From Kiritimatiella glycovorans (GTDB lineage Bacteria; Verrucomicrobiota; Kiritimatiellia; Kiritimatiellales; Kiritimatiellaceae), in assembly GCF_001017655.1 (NCBI RefSeq), contig NZ_CP010904.1:810001-842000 (forward strand): a stretch of 32,000 nt of DNA, given 5' to 3'. The notes beneath the pieces are model-generated. The model worked only from the letters and a program-made list of their open reading frames with translations. It ran no database searches and had not been told where the DNA came from. The position numbers were made by a program, and so were the translations under genes. The stretch's first letter is position 1. Each line of letters opens with the position of its first letter. Shown in pieces: positions 8,745-17,546 of this stretch.

Positions 8745-9110
8745 TTAGACAAGCAGGCGGAATTTGAGAACGCCGCTCCGGACGGAAATGGCCTGGGCGA
8801 TAACAAGCTGCCTGTTGGCGATGTTGCCGCCTTCGAGTTTTCCGGTGGCGGAAACCTTGAGGTTGTCTCCGGGATTGATCGTTCCCTCGAAAACATCCGT
8901 TTCGTAGATCCCGCCGCCGCAGTAAATGCCCGGCATTTCACCTCCGGCGTAGTCCTTGATCAGAATGCCGAACGAGCGAAGTTCGGGATCGGTGTTGACG
9001 GCGAACAGGTCGTCGCCGACCACGCGGACCACCTGGCCGAGCTGGCCGTCGCCCTGGATGTGGCCATCGCCATAGGCGAGGCCCCGGTGACACGGATTGA
9101 TGAATGACAT
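8745..9110 (-). CDS. Head decoration protein (lambda gpD-like / DUF2190-like)
   Basis: 121 aa between the scaffold and the MCP. The segment FGILIKDYAGGEMPGIYCGGGIYETDVFEG is reminiscent of gpD VGILAVAADQ...FYKSGTFRYEDV. Confidence 0.5.
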   Translation of the reverse strand: MSFINPCHRGLAYGDGHIQGDGQLGQVVRVVGDDLFAVNTDPELRSFGILIKDYAGGEMPGIYCGGGIYETDVFEGTINPGDNLKVSATGKLEGGNIANRQLVIAQAISVRSGVLKFRLLV

Positions 9111-9122
9111 GGTGTTTCCTCC

Positions 9123-11534
9123 TTATGCGTTGATTTGCGAATGTTCGGGAGATTCCTCGCCGACACGGTTGCGGTAAGCGGCCATGAACCCGTCGCGCAG
9201 ACGGTCCTCGAGCGACACCTTGCGGTCGTCCACATCGAGAGGCCGGACACCGGCGTCGCTGCGTAGCGGGGTTTCCGTCGATGCCTTGGCGGCGGGCTTG
9301 CCGCCCTGGTCGCTGTCGGCGGGTTTCTCTTCCTTGTCCTTGTCCGCTTTGGCCGACTTGGGCAGGCGCTCGTAAGCGGCCTCGGTGGCGGCGAAGGCTT
9401 CGTCGGACAGTTCGGCCAGGCGTTTCAGCTCGGCTTCCCGGTCCTCCTCGGACGCAAAGGAGAGCCCCTGCTTCTCCAGCCGGGTGAGCAGTTTCTTGGC
9501 GCGGGAGCGGCAGGCGGCCGCCTTTTGTTCGGCTTCCAGTTCCTGGACGCGCTTCTGCAGCTCGGCCACCTGGGCCTTGAGCTGCCGGTTTTCCTTTTCC
9601 AGGTCGGTAACGCGAGCGGGATCGCCTTCCTGCTGGGCCGGTTTCTTCTTGGCCGCGTCTGATTCGGTCTTGGCGGCCTGGTCATCGGTGGGTTTGGTTT
9701 TGTCTTCCATCGTGGAATCTCCTTCGGGTTGGGATTGGTCGGGCTGGCTCTGAAGGGACGCCACCTGCAGAATCCTGGCGTTCTCGTCCGCGCCCTTGCG
9801 GTCGAGCAGTCCCAGTCCGGTGAAAGTGACGCCGTGCAGAATCTCGAAAACGGGTTGGCCATTGAAATCACGGCCCTTGAATTTGCGCAGGTGGGTGCAG
9901 TAGTCGGCCTTGTTCTGGAAGCGCTTGTGACAGACCGAGCATTCGCCCTCCTGGTAGTCGCACTCCATGGAGACCTGGGAGATGATCCCGCGCTTCATCA
10001 GCTTGTAAGCCAACCGGGCGGCCGGGGTGTCGTGGACGTACAGCTCGCCGACGCATTCCACCCGGCCGCCGTTGTCGTCCTCCAGGTAGTCGGCGGCGAC
10101 AACGCCACCCACGATGTCGTTGAACTCCTGCGAATGCTGCAGATCGACCTTCTTGTTCACGGCCGTCATGTGCCGACCGGACAACTCCTCGGCGGTGAAG
10201 TGATCGCCGTTCTTGTTGGTCCCGGTGCGGCAGAGCACGAAGCTGAACTGGGGGTCGCCCGCCGAGCCGACATCCATGGCCTCGGTCGCGAGACGTTCGC
10301 CTTCGCCCAGCCGGATGTCCACGGGGATGCTGGTGTGGAAGTTCGCGGCGGCGGCCATCGGAACGGGTTTCTCCTCCCGCTCGGCGCTGGCCTTGGCCCC
10401 GGGGGCGCAGACGAACAGACGCTCCTTGGCGTTGGATGCCTCGCCGTGCTTGGAGGTGATGGCGTAGTGGTGATCCTTGGACTTCATCCGGCTCTGTTTG
10501 CCGAAGGAGCCGATGATCCGCTTCATCTCCTGCTCGTTGGGATAGGCGTGATCGCGGTAGGAAATCAGCCAGTGCGGAATGTGCTTGGCATTGCCGAGAA
10601 AGGTCTGGAAGAACTCGCTGGCGTTGGCCTTGGTGACGGTCTTGTGGTCGATCTCGTAATACTTGACCTTGGTGTCGGCCTTGATTTCGAGCCCTTCCCA
10701 ATAGGTCATGAGCCCCTCCACGAAGTGGTAGGCCCGCTCGTAGTTGGTGGTCGAAAACTCGGTGGCGTAGGGCGGATCGAAGTAGGCCAGATCCGCCTTG
10801 GCTTTCGGCAGCAGGTCGTTGATGTCCTGCCGGTGGGCCTTGTTCTCCTTGTCGTTGTCGAAGACCAGGGCGTTGATGCGCTGCAGGTTCTTGCGCAGAC
10901 GATCCTTGAACTCGTCTGGGGTGTCCTGGCGGCGGCCATAATCGGTGGACGACGAGAAGTGGCCGAAGCCACCCTTGCCGCTCATGCAGGTTTTGCCGAG
11001 GCCGAACAGGGCGATGTCTTTCTTGAAGCCGGAGAGCTTGTCGCAGTTGGCGCGGATGGTGTCGATCAGCGCATGGACGCCCTTGGCGAAGAAGATGCCC
11101 TTGAAGTTGTCCTGAACGAAGCTGCCCGCCTTGGCGTTGTCGGCCAGAAGCGCTTCGATCTCGTCCTCGCTCAGGCGAACCGAGTTGTTCTCGATGATCG
11201 CCTTGGCGGCGTGGTGGCAGTAGCGGAGCCGGTCGTTGGCGATGACCTGGAGGCCCTTGGTCTTGTACATGTAGGCCACGACCGCAGACCCCGAAAAGGC
11301 GTCGAGCACGGTGCCAACGCCTTCCGGGGTATGCTTCCAGATCCAGTCGACGAGCTTCTGCTTGCTGCCGATGTAGTTGGTGATGTACTTGGGGCGCTTC
11401 TCGGGAGGGAGCTCTTCAGGAGCGGACTGTTCGGCGGCCTCGGTCCCAAGCGCATCGGGATCGAGAGTCAGCGCCGCATCGGCCTCCAGTAGAAACGCCA
11501 GCCTTTCCAGGTCTGTGGCGAACAGTTCCATCAA
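9123..11534 (-). CDS. Fusion protein: D12-class N6-adenine DNA methyltransferase + HK97-type (S78-like) prohead protease domain + coiled-coil scaffolding domain
   Basis: Uninterrupted 803-aa ORF. Residues ~48-378 carry YIGSKQKL, DAFSGSAVV (FxGxG) and FDPPY (aa 252-256), which are Dam/D12 MTase motifs. Residues ~425-595 (NKNGDHFTAEEL..VDLQHS..VGGVVAADYLEDDNGGRVECVGELYV..AARLAYKLMKRGIISQVSMEC) match the HK97 gp4 protease pattern, with candidate catalytic residues H467 and S522. Residues ~640-730 form a heptad-like coiled coil (LEKENRQLKAQVAELQKRVQELEAEQK) with a charged tail, as in scaffolds. It occupies the protease/scaffold slot upstream of the MCP. Confidence 0.7.
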   Translation of the reverse strand: MMELFATDLERLAFLLEADAALTLDPDALGTEAAEQSAPEELPPEKRPKYITNYIGSKQKLVDWIWKHTPEGVGTVLDAFSGSAVVAYMYKTKGLQVIANDRLRYCHHAAKAIIENNSVRLSEDEIEALLADNAKAGSFVQDNFKGIFFAKGVHALIDTIRANCDKLSGFKKDIALFGLGKTCMSGKGGFGHFSSSTDYGRRQDTPDEFKDRLRKNLQRINALVFDNDKENKAHRQDINDLLPKAKADLAYFDPPYATEFSTTNYERAYHFVEGLMTYWEGLEIKADTKVKYYEIDHKTVTKANASEFFQTFLGNAKHIPHWLISYRDHAYPNEQEMKRIIGSFGKQSRMKSKDHHYAITSKHGEASNAKERLFVCAPGAKASAEREEKPVPMAAAANFHTSIPVDIRLGEGERLATEAMDVGSAGDPQFSFVLCRTGTNKNGDHFTAEELSGRHMTAVNKKVDLQHSQEFNDIVGGVVAADYLEDDNGGRVECVGELYVHDTPAARLAYKLMKRGIISQVSMECDYQEGECSVCHKRFQNKADYCTHLRKFKGRDFNGQPVFEILHGVTFTGLGLLDRKGADENARILQVASLQSQPDQSQPEGDSTMEDKTKPTDDQAAKTESDAAKKKPAQQEGDPARVTDLEKENRQLKAQVAELQKRVQELEAEQKAAACRSRAKKLLTRLEKQGLSFASEEDREAELKRLAELSDEAFAATEAAYERLPKSAKADKDKEEKPADSDQGGKPAAKASTETPLRSDAGVRPLDVDDRKVSLEDRLRDGFMAAYRNRVGEESPEHSQINA

Positions 11535-11587
11535 TGTCTCCGGTCAGTTTGCTGTGCTCTCCGCGACCTGCGGGGAGCGTTCAGCGA

Positions 11588-11621
11588 TTACTTACCGGAA
11601 GCGTCGGCGATGTGTCGGAGG
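11588..11621 (-). promoter_or_regulatory. Conserved 34-bp element, copy 2 (upstream of head operon)
   Basis: The minus strand reads CCTCCGACACATCGCCGACGCTTCCGGTAAGTAA. It begins 13 nt after the stop of the truncated upstream gene and ends 53 nt before the start of the 803-aa ORF. Confidence 0.5.
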
Positions 11622-11634
11622 GTGACTGCGAATT

Positions 11635-11826
11635 TCAGCGGGCGGGGTTCAGCCGCGCCAGAACGGCCTTGCCGCAGGCGTCGAGGGAGGGGTATTCGTC
11701 GCTCTCGGTGATCTCGGAAAAGACCCCGTCATAAGGTGAGCGGGACAGCCGGTGGTATTCGAGAAAATCCGCCGGAAGCGAGGTGGCACAGGACGATGAG
11801 GACGGGTTCGGGCACCTGATGCTGAT
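11635..11826 (-). pseudogene. 3' fragment of a truncated gene (possibly the preceding phage head gene)
   Basis: The minus-strand frame ends at TGA 11637-11635 and reads ...SIRCPNPSSSSCATSLPADFLEYHRLSRSPYDGVFSEITESDEYPSLDACGKAVLARLNPAR*. It contains no ATG, GTG or TTG and is closed upstream by an in-frame TAA at 11829-11827, exactly where GC content drops. Confidence 0.5.
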
Positions 11827-11924
11827 TTAATTTACTTCATTTGGAATGTGGTAACCGTACTCCGTAATTTGGAATAGAGTTCCATTAGACAATCGAAGGG
11901 GTCTATTTCTCCTGCCGCAGCACG

Positions 11925-12842
11925 CTATGCACTACGAGGTGCTTCTGTAGAATCCCTTTGAGCACGCGCCAAAGCCAAAAATCCACGTACATAGTCGATG
12001 CTATCGTCTGCCTCACGAATACCGAGGAATAACTGCTTGTCCACACCTGATTTTCCCAGCCGCACCGGGAAGACATCAAACCGGTCTGCGTATTCTTCGA
12101 CGATCCAGCGTGGCAAAGCTCCAACGCCTCGGCCGCTGGCTATCATTTGCAGCATGATGTCAGTTGTCTCGATCAGTTTGTGTCGTTTCGGGCTGATGCC
12201 CGCAGGCGTGAGGAACCGTGTATAAATGTCGAGCCGGTCAATGGTGATCGGATAGGTGATCAGGATTTCTTTGGATAATTGCTCCGGGCTCACATGGCTT
12301 GCTTGACGCAATGGATGTTGCGGGCCGACGACCAACACCTGTTCATAATCAAAAACTGACTCAAAAAGTAGACCTTTCTTGTGAAAAGGATCAGGTGTTA
12401 CCAACAAATCAATATCGTAGCTAAACAGTGCACCGACGCCCCCGAATTGAAATTTTTGCTTAACATCTAAATCGACCGAGGGCCATGCAGCCAGAAAATG
12501 CGATGCGATCTTCAGCAGCCACTGATAGCAAGGATGGCATTCCATGCCAATGCGCAACGTACCGCGCTCACCTCGCGCAAACTGCTCAATGCGTTCCTCA
12601 GCGTGGACAAATTGTGGCACTAGACGATTGGCCAAACCCAACAGGTATTCCCCTGTCTGGGTTGGGCACAAACTACGTCCCTCACGACGCCATATCGCAG
12701 CACCCAACTGATCCTCCAGCTTGCGAATGCTATGGCTGAGTGCGGACTGGGTGAGGTGTAGTTTTTCTGCGGCGGCCGTGAGTGAGCCATTTTGGTCGAC
12801 GGCACGGATAATTTCCAGGTGGATACGTTCAAGAATGGCCAT
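11925..12842 (-). CDS. metR: LysR-family transcriptional activator MetR
   Basis: Close resemblance to E. coli MetR: [20 protein letters not shown] vs [20 protein letters not shown], and [10 protein letters not shown] vs IECHSCIQWL. It is divergent from metE. The ATG at 12842 ([10 protein letters not shown]...) is preferred over the TTG at 12866. Confidence 0.85.
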   Translation of the reverse strand: MAILERIHLEIIRAVDQNGSLTAAAEKLHLTQSALSHSIRKLEDQLGAAIWRREGRSLCPTQTGEYLLGLANRLVPQFVHAEERIEQFARGERGTLRIGMECHPCYQWLLKIASHFLAAWPSVDLDVKQKFQFGGVGALFSYDIDLLVTPDPFHKKGLLFESVFDYEQVLVVGPQHPLRQASHVSPEQLSKEILITYPITIDRLDIYTRFLTPAGISPKRHKLIETTDIMLQMIASGRGVGALPRWIVEEYADRFDVFPVRLGKSGVDKQLFLGIREADDSIDYVRGFLALARAQRDSTEAPRSA

Positions 12843-12859
12843 TGGGGCACCTTTCACTA

Positions 12860-12893
12860 TGAGCAAATTTCATCGTTCTCTGAAAATATATCA
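12860..12893. promoter_or_regulatory. Two MetR-box-like sites in the metR-metE divergent promoter region
   Basis: TGAGCAAATTTCA (12860-12872) and TGAAAATATATCA (12881-12893) each match the enterobacterial MetR consensus TGAA-N5-TTCA at 7 of 8 defined positions. Confidence 0.4.
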
Positions 12894-12959
12894 TTTTACT
12901 TCATACATGCAAGCTGTATATTTAGCGCATGTGTTCAAAATCAAAAGAAAGGATCTGCA

Positions 12960-15275
12960 ATGGCAAAAACGCATAATCTTGGTTTCCCGCGCATCGGAGC
13001 CAAACGCGAGCTGAAATTCGCCCTCGAAGCCTACTGGAAGAGAGAATCATCCCGTGACGAACTAAAAGAGTTGGGGGCCGTTTTACGTAAACGCCACTGG
13101 GAGGATCAGGCCGGACTTGATCTTGTGCCCGTCGGCGATTTCTCCTTTTATGATCAAGTGCTGGACATGAGCTTTGCTCTAGGTAACCTGCCTGAGCGCG
13201 TCCAGGGCTTTCAAGGTGACCAGCTGGACAATTACTTTCGTGTCGCACGAGGTCGGTCAGCACAATCGACTGAAAATCATGCGCAGTGCTGCGACGGGGT
13301 TGCGGCTGGCGAGATGACCAAGTGGTTCGATACCAACTACCATTACATTGTCCCAGAATTCAACGCGAAGACCACGTTCAATCTCGATGCCACGCAGCTG
13401 TTGGCGCAACTGGATGAAGCCAAGTCTCAGGGCGTGAAGGCCAAGCCGGTGATTATCGGTCCACTCACCTATCTCGCCATCGGCAAGGCCAAGGACGACT
13501 CGAACAAGCTGGCTCTCTTGGAGCGCCTGCTGCCGGTCTATGGCGAACTGCTGGATAACCTGGCTTCTCAGGGCGTGGAATGGGTGCAGATTGATGAACC
13601 CGTCCTCGTCACCGAGCTCGATGCCGAATGGCAGCATGCCTTCAACACCGCTTACCACCAGCTCAAGAGCACTAAAGTCAATCTGCTGGTCGCGACCTAC
13701 TTCGGCCAGTTGCAGGAGAACGCCTATCTCGCGGCCAATCTCCCGGTCGCGGGCCTGCACCTCGACGCGCTCAACGACCGCGACGGTGTACTGCCGCTGC
13801 TGAACATATTGCCCTCGCACAAAATTCTGTCGCTTGGGGTGATCAACGGCCGCAACATCTGGAAGACCGACCTTAATGCCGTGCTCGACTGGCTGGAACC
13901 GCTGCACGCCCGCCTGGGAGATCGCCTGTGGATTGCTCCGTCGTGTTCGCTGCTTCATGTGCCGGTCGATCTTGACAGCGAACAGCGGCTCGATAACGAG
14001 ATCAAATCCTGGATGGCCTTCGCCAAACAGAAACTAGGCGAAATAGTTGTGCTCGCCACCGCGCTAAACCGGGGCCGCGCTGCGGTTAAGGTCGAGCTGG
14101 ACGTTAACCGCAGAGCAATTGAAACCCGCCGCAATTCGCCGCGTGTCACCAATCCGGCGGTTAGGGCCGCTCTGACCGGAATTACTCCAGAATTGGGATG
14201 CCGTAAAAACCCCTATGATGTGCGTGCAGCCAAGCAAGCACCGCTGTTGAATCTGCCAAAATTCCCGACGACCACCATCGGCTCCTTCCCACAGACGGCG
14301 GAGATCCGTCAGGTACGCAGTCAGTTCAAGTCCGGGAAAATCGATCAGGTCGAGTACAGGCAAGCCATTCAAGGTGAGATCGCCCGCTGTGTGCGTGAAC
14401 AGGAATCCCTGAACCTGGATGTGTTCGTGCATGGGGAGGCCGAGCGTAACGACATGGTTGAATATTTCGGCGAACAGCTCGAAGGCTATGCCTTCAGCCA
14501 GTTCGGGTGGGTGCAGTCTTATGGTTCGCGCTGCGTCAAGCCGCCTATCCTCTTCGGAGACATCCGACGTCCGAAAGTCATGACGGTGGACTGGATCAGC
14601 TACGCTCAATCCCTGACCGACAAGCCTGTGAAAGGCATGCTAACCGGTCCAGTGACCATCCTTAACTGGTCCTTCGTCCGAGACGACCAGCCGCGCTCAG
14701 TGTCCTGCAAGCAGCTGGCGCTGGCCATCCGCGAGGAGGTGCTGGATCTGGAGAAGGCTGGGGTGCGCGTGATCCAGATCGACGAGGCCGCCCTTCGCGA
14801 AGGATTGCCCCTTCGCAAGTCTCAGTGGAAGGAGTACCTTGACTGGGCCGTGGAATCTTTCCGCATCACCGCCAACGGAGTAAGCGACGAAACCCAGATC
14901 CATACACATATGTGCTACTCCGAGTTCAATGACATAATTTCGGCCATAGCTGATATGGATGCTGACGTCATCACCATTGAAACTTCGCGTTCCGATATGG
15001 AGCTTCTCGATGTTTTCGACGACTTCAAGTATCCGAACGAGATCGGTCCGGGGGTGTACGATATACACTCGCCCAACATTCCCAGCGAAGAGCACATTGT
15101 CGCACTGATGAAAAAAGCCGCCGAACGTATCCCGGTCGAACGGTTGTGGGTCAATCCCGACTGCGGCCTGAAGACCCGGCAGTGGAAAGAGGTGATTCCG
15201 GCCCTGACCAATATGGTTGCCGCCGCGAAGAGATTGCGTGCCGAGCTGCACTTATCGAGGAATGACCATGTTTGA
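12960..15275 (+). CDS. metE: Cobalamin-independent methionine synthase
   Basis: 771 aa starting [26 protein letters not shown], the canonical MetE N-terminus, with an AAGGA RBS upstream. It contains the full two-domain length, including ...[13 protein letters not shown]... Confidence 0.95.
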   Translation: MAKTHNLGFPRIGAKRELKFALEAYWKRESSRDELKELGAVLRKRHWEDQAGLDLVPVGDFSFYDQVLDMSFALGNLPERVQGFQGDQLDNYFRVARGRSAQSTENHAQCCDGVAAGEMTKWFDTNYHYIVPEFNAKTTFNLDATQLLAQLDEAKSQGVKAKPVIIGPLTYLAIGKAKDDSNKLALLERLLPVYGELLDNLASQGVEWVQIDEPVLVTELDAEWQHAFNTAYHQLKSTKVNLLVATYFGQLQENAYLAANLPVAGLHLDALNDRDGVLPLLNILPSHKILSLGVINGRNIWKTDLNAVLDWLEPLHARLGDRLWIAPSCSLLHVPVDLDSEQRLDNEIKSWMAFAKQKLGEIVVLATALNRGRAAVKVELDVNRRAIETRRNSPRVTNPAVRAALTGITPELGCRKNPYDVRAAKQAPLLNLPKFPTTTIGSFPQTAEIRQVRSQFKSGKIDQVEYRQAIQGEIARCVREQESLNLDVFVHGEAERNDMVEYFGEQLEGYAFSQFGWVQSYGSRCVKPPILFGDIRRPKVMTVDWISYAQSLTDKPVKGMLTGPVTILNWSFVRDDQPRSVSCKQLALAIREEVLDLEKAGVRVIQIDEAALREGLPLRKSQWKEYLDWAVESFRITANGVSDETQIHTHMCYSEFNDIISAIADMDADVITIETSRSDMELLDVFDDFKYPNEIGPGVYDIHSPNIPSEEHIVALMKKAAERIPVERLWVNPDCGLKTRQWKEVIPALTNMVAAAKRLRAELHLSRNDHV

Positions 15276-15851
15276 ACGGATAAAATACAGTATCGACCGG
15301 ATCGATCCGGAATTGTTCGCCGCGATGGAGCAGGAAAATCAGCGACAGGAGGAGCATATTGAGCTGATCGCTTCGGAAAACTATGCATCTCCGGCTGTGA
15401 TGGCTGCCCAAGGTTCGCAGCTCACCAATAAGTACGCCGAAGGCTATCCCGGGAAGCGTTATTACGGTGGATGCGGGAACGTCGATGTTGTGGAGCAGTT
15501 AGCCATAGACCGGGTAAAGCAGCTCTTCGGAGCCGAAGCCGCAAATGTGCAGCCCAATTCGGGCTCACAAGCAAACCAGGGTGTCTTCTTCGCCGTGCTT
15601 AATCCAGGCGACACCATCATGGGCATGAGCCTCGCCGAAGGCGGCCATCTTACCCATGGCATGAAGCTGAACATGAGTGGGAAGTGGTTCAATGCGGTCA
15701 GTTACGGCCTGAACGCCAAGGAGGACATTGACTATGAATCTTTGGACGTCAAGGCCCGCGAAACCAAACCCAAGCTGATTGTTGCAGGGGCATCGGCCTT
15801 TTCGTTGCGTATCGACTTCGAGCGCATTGCGCACGTGGCGAGGACAGTTGG
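15268..15851 (+). pseudogene. glyA: Serine hydroxymethyltransferase, 5' half only (truncated by IS insertion or rearrangement)
   Basis: [69 protein letters not shown]... is canonical SHMT. Homology stops after about 194 of the roughly 417 expected residues, where the IS left inverted repeat begins (15852). The remaining ORF tail ([14 protein letters not shown]) is IS sequence. Confidence 0.85.
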
Positions 15852-15940
15852 TGAGCGGTGGTCCCGGAAAACGGAGCCAGTGAGGGGCGGATAGACCGCA
15901 TCGGGTTCTCCCGGTAAAAAGGAGACCGAAAGGAGAACCG

Positions 15941-16246
15941 ATGAAGAAGCCGAGACGAAATCACAGCGCGCAGTTCAAGGCGCGTATCGCGATGGAAGCG
16001 TTGCGCGGCATCAAGACCGTGGCGGAGATCGCGGCGGAAAACAACGTGCATCCGACCATGGTGACTCGATGGAAGACGGAGCTCACAGAGGGCGCAGCCG
16101 ATCTCTTTGAGCGCAAGAACGCGCCGGACCTAGAAAAGCGCGGGCTGGAAAAGAACTGCGAGCGGCTGGAGCGAAAAGTAGGTCAGCTGGTGATTGAGAA
16201 GGAGTGGATGGAAAAAAAATGCGTCGAGTTGGGGATCGATCCGTGA
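15941..16246 (+). CDS. IS3-family transposase OrfA (HTH)
   Basis: MKKPRRNHSAQFKARIAMEALRGIKTVAEIAAENNVHPTMVTRWK... followed by a leucine-zipper-like C-terminus. The slippery A_AAA_AAA lies at 16213-16219 in the orfA frame. Confidence 0.9.
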   Translation: MKKPRRNHSAQFKARIAMEALRGIKTVAEIAAENNVHPTMVTRWKTELTEGAADLFERKNAPDLEKRGLEKNCERLERKVGQLVIEKEWMEKKCVELGIDP

Positions 16247-17100
16247 GGAAGGCTCTGGTGGATCCTTCTGATGCTCAACTCTCGCTGCGGCGCCAATGTG
16301 CTCTGCTGGGCGTCAACCGGAACCGGTTGACGCCGCCGGAGCCCAGGGCGACGATCACGGACTTACGGATTATGAGGATGCTCGACGAACTTCATCTGCG
16401 TTTCCCGACGTTCGGGACGCGGGGGCTGCGCCGATTACTCAAGCGCGAACAGGGGCTGAACGTGGGGCGAAAGCGGCTTCGCCGGCTGATGAGGCTCGCG
16501 CATATCTCGGCTCTCCGCCCGCGGCCGCGGACCAGCGCACCGGGCAAGGGGCATCGCATCTATCCGTATTTGCTGCGTGGAGTGGATGTTACGCGGCCGA
16601 ATCAGGTCTGGTGCGCCGATATCACCTATATCCCGATGCCGCGAGGGTATTGCTACCTGGTGGCCGTCATGGACTGGTACAGCCGGAAAGTGCTCGGGTG
16701 GGAACTGAGCACCACGATGGATACCGCGTTCTGCCTGCGGGCCTTTCGATCGGCGGTGGCCACGGCCGGACGGGCGCCGGAGATCATGAATACCGATCAG
16801 GGCTCGCAGTTCACGTCGACGGATTGGATCAGGGAGATGAAACAGCACGAGGGCTTAAAAATCAGCATGGATGGGACGGGCCGCTGGGTGGACAATGTGT
16901 TCATCGAGCGGCTGTGGTGGAGCCTGAAGTATGAGGATGTTTATCTGAAAAGCTATGAAACGCCCCGGGAAACCGGGCGCGGCGTGGGGGCGTGGCTGGA
17001 GCGCTACAATACCGAACGTCCGCATTCATCGATCGGGGATCGAACGCCCGATGAGGCGTACTTCGGAATCGAGGCGGAGTCGAAATGGAGAGCGGCATGA
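16204..17100 (+). CDS. IS3-family transposase OrfB (DDE/rve integrase core), expressed as an OrfAB fusion by -1 frameshift
   Basis: ...NQVWCADITYIPM...LVAVMDWYSRKVLGW...MNTDQGSQFTS...ERLWWSLKYE...YNTERPHSSIG is the DDE signature. The -1 frame entered at 16219 reads MRRVGDRSVRKALV... continuously. Confidence 0.9.
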   Translation: MDGKKMRRVGDRSVRKALVDPSDAQLSLRRQCALLGVNRNRLTPPEPRATITDLRIMRMLDELHLRFPTFGTRGLRRLLKREQGLNVGRKRLRRLMRLAHISALRPRPRTSAPGKGHRIYPYLLRGVDVTRPNQVWCADITYIPMPRGYCYLVAVMDWYSRKVLGWELSTTMDTAFCLRAFRSAVATAGRAPEIMNTDQGSQFTSTDWIREMKQHEGLKISMDGTGRWVDNVFIERLWWSLKYEDVYLKSYETPRETGRGVGAWLERYNTERPHSSIGDRTPDEAYFGIEAESKWRAA

Positions 17101-17482
17101 AGAGGCGAGTTGCCCACAGCCATGCGACCGTCTCCGACGAGTTCAATGACCCATTCTCGACGGCCGCAGGCTATGGACAACTCGCCGGAGTTGTGGCAGA
17201 ACACTCGCAGGAAGCGGGAGCCCTGATGCTGACTTAAAGTTCGAAAAAACTGGCTCCGCTATCGGGACCACCGCTGTCTTAACACAACCCCAAAATACCG
17301 TCATTCGGCTAACTGCTTAATCTGAAAGGATATCTGTAACCGGACGCGTGTCGGACCCTGTCCGAAGAAAACAGAGAATACCGCCCCAAACAGAGAATGA
17401 ACGTGGTGAGAATGGAGAGAATCTGGTGGCTGGAGAGAGGTTCCGGAAAGATGTTAAAACGGCCGAAACCCTTTGAATACAA

Positions 17483-17531
17483 GGGGAAAAAGAAAACCCG
17501 CCTACCCAGAGAATCACTCTGGAGAGACGGG
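17483..17531 (-). terminator. Rho-independent terminator of ssrA
   Basis: The minus strand reads CCCGTCTCTCCAGAG-TGATT-CTCTGGGTAGGCGGG, a 15-position stem (about 11 Watson-Crick pairs, plus G-U wobbles and one mismatch), followed by TTTTCTTTTTCCCC. It starts 16 nt after the tmRNA CCA end. Confidence 0.7.
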
Positions 17532-17546
17532 TTGTCTTTTTCAAAA

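Larger units (their letters stand above)
15852..17277 (+). mobile_element. IS3-family insertion sequence (ends +/- 2 bp)
   Basis: Imperfect terminal inverted repeats: left TGAGCGGTGGTCCCGGAAAACGGAGCCAGT, and right (reverse complement) ACAGCGGTGGTCCCGATAGCGGAGCCAGT. It has the orfA/orfB organisation with an A8 slippery run. The flanks (..cagttgg | ctta..) show no target-site duplication. Confidence 0.85.

Noticed and set aside
7500-11492. Plus-strand ORFs 7500-8414, 8415-9107 and 9729-11492
   Set aside because: They are antisense to the capsid, decoration and MTase-protease-scaffold genes, and have low-complexity G/V/L/D/H-rich sequence.
12792-12959. N-terminal extension of metE (track start 12792) and upstream start of glyA (15217)
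   Set aside because: The canonical family N-termini begin at ATG 12960 ([13 protein letters not shown]) and ATG 15268 (MFERI...), each with an RBS or coupling context. The extensions cross the divergent promoter or the metE 3' end.
13257-15411. Minus-strand ORFs inside metE and glyA (13257-13958, 14064-14609, 14697-15251, 14915-15388)
   Set aside because: They are antisense to genes with unambiguous homology and show no motifs.
17340-17450. Loose cagagaat/gagaat reiterations downstream of the ssrA terminator
   Set aside because: They are short, irregularly spaced and degenerate, and I could not define a unit or a partner elsewhere in the window.
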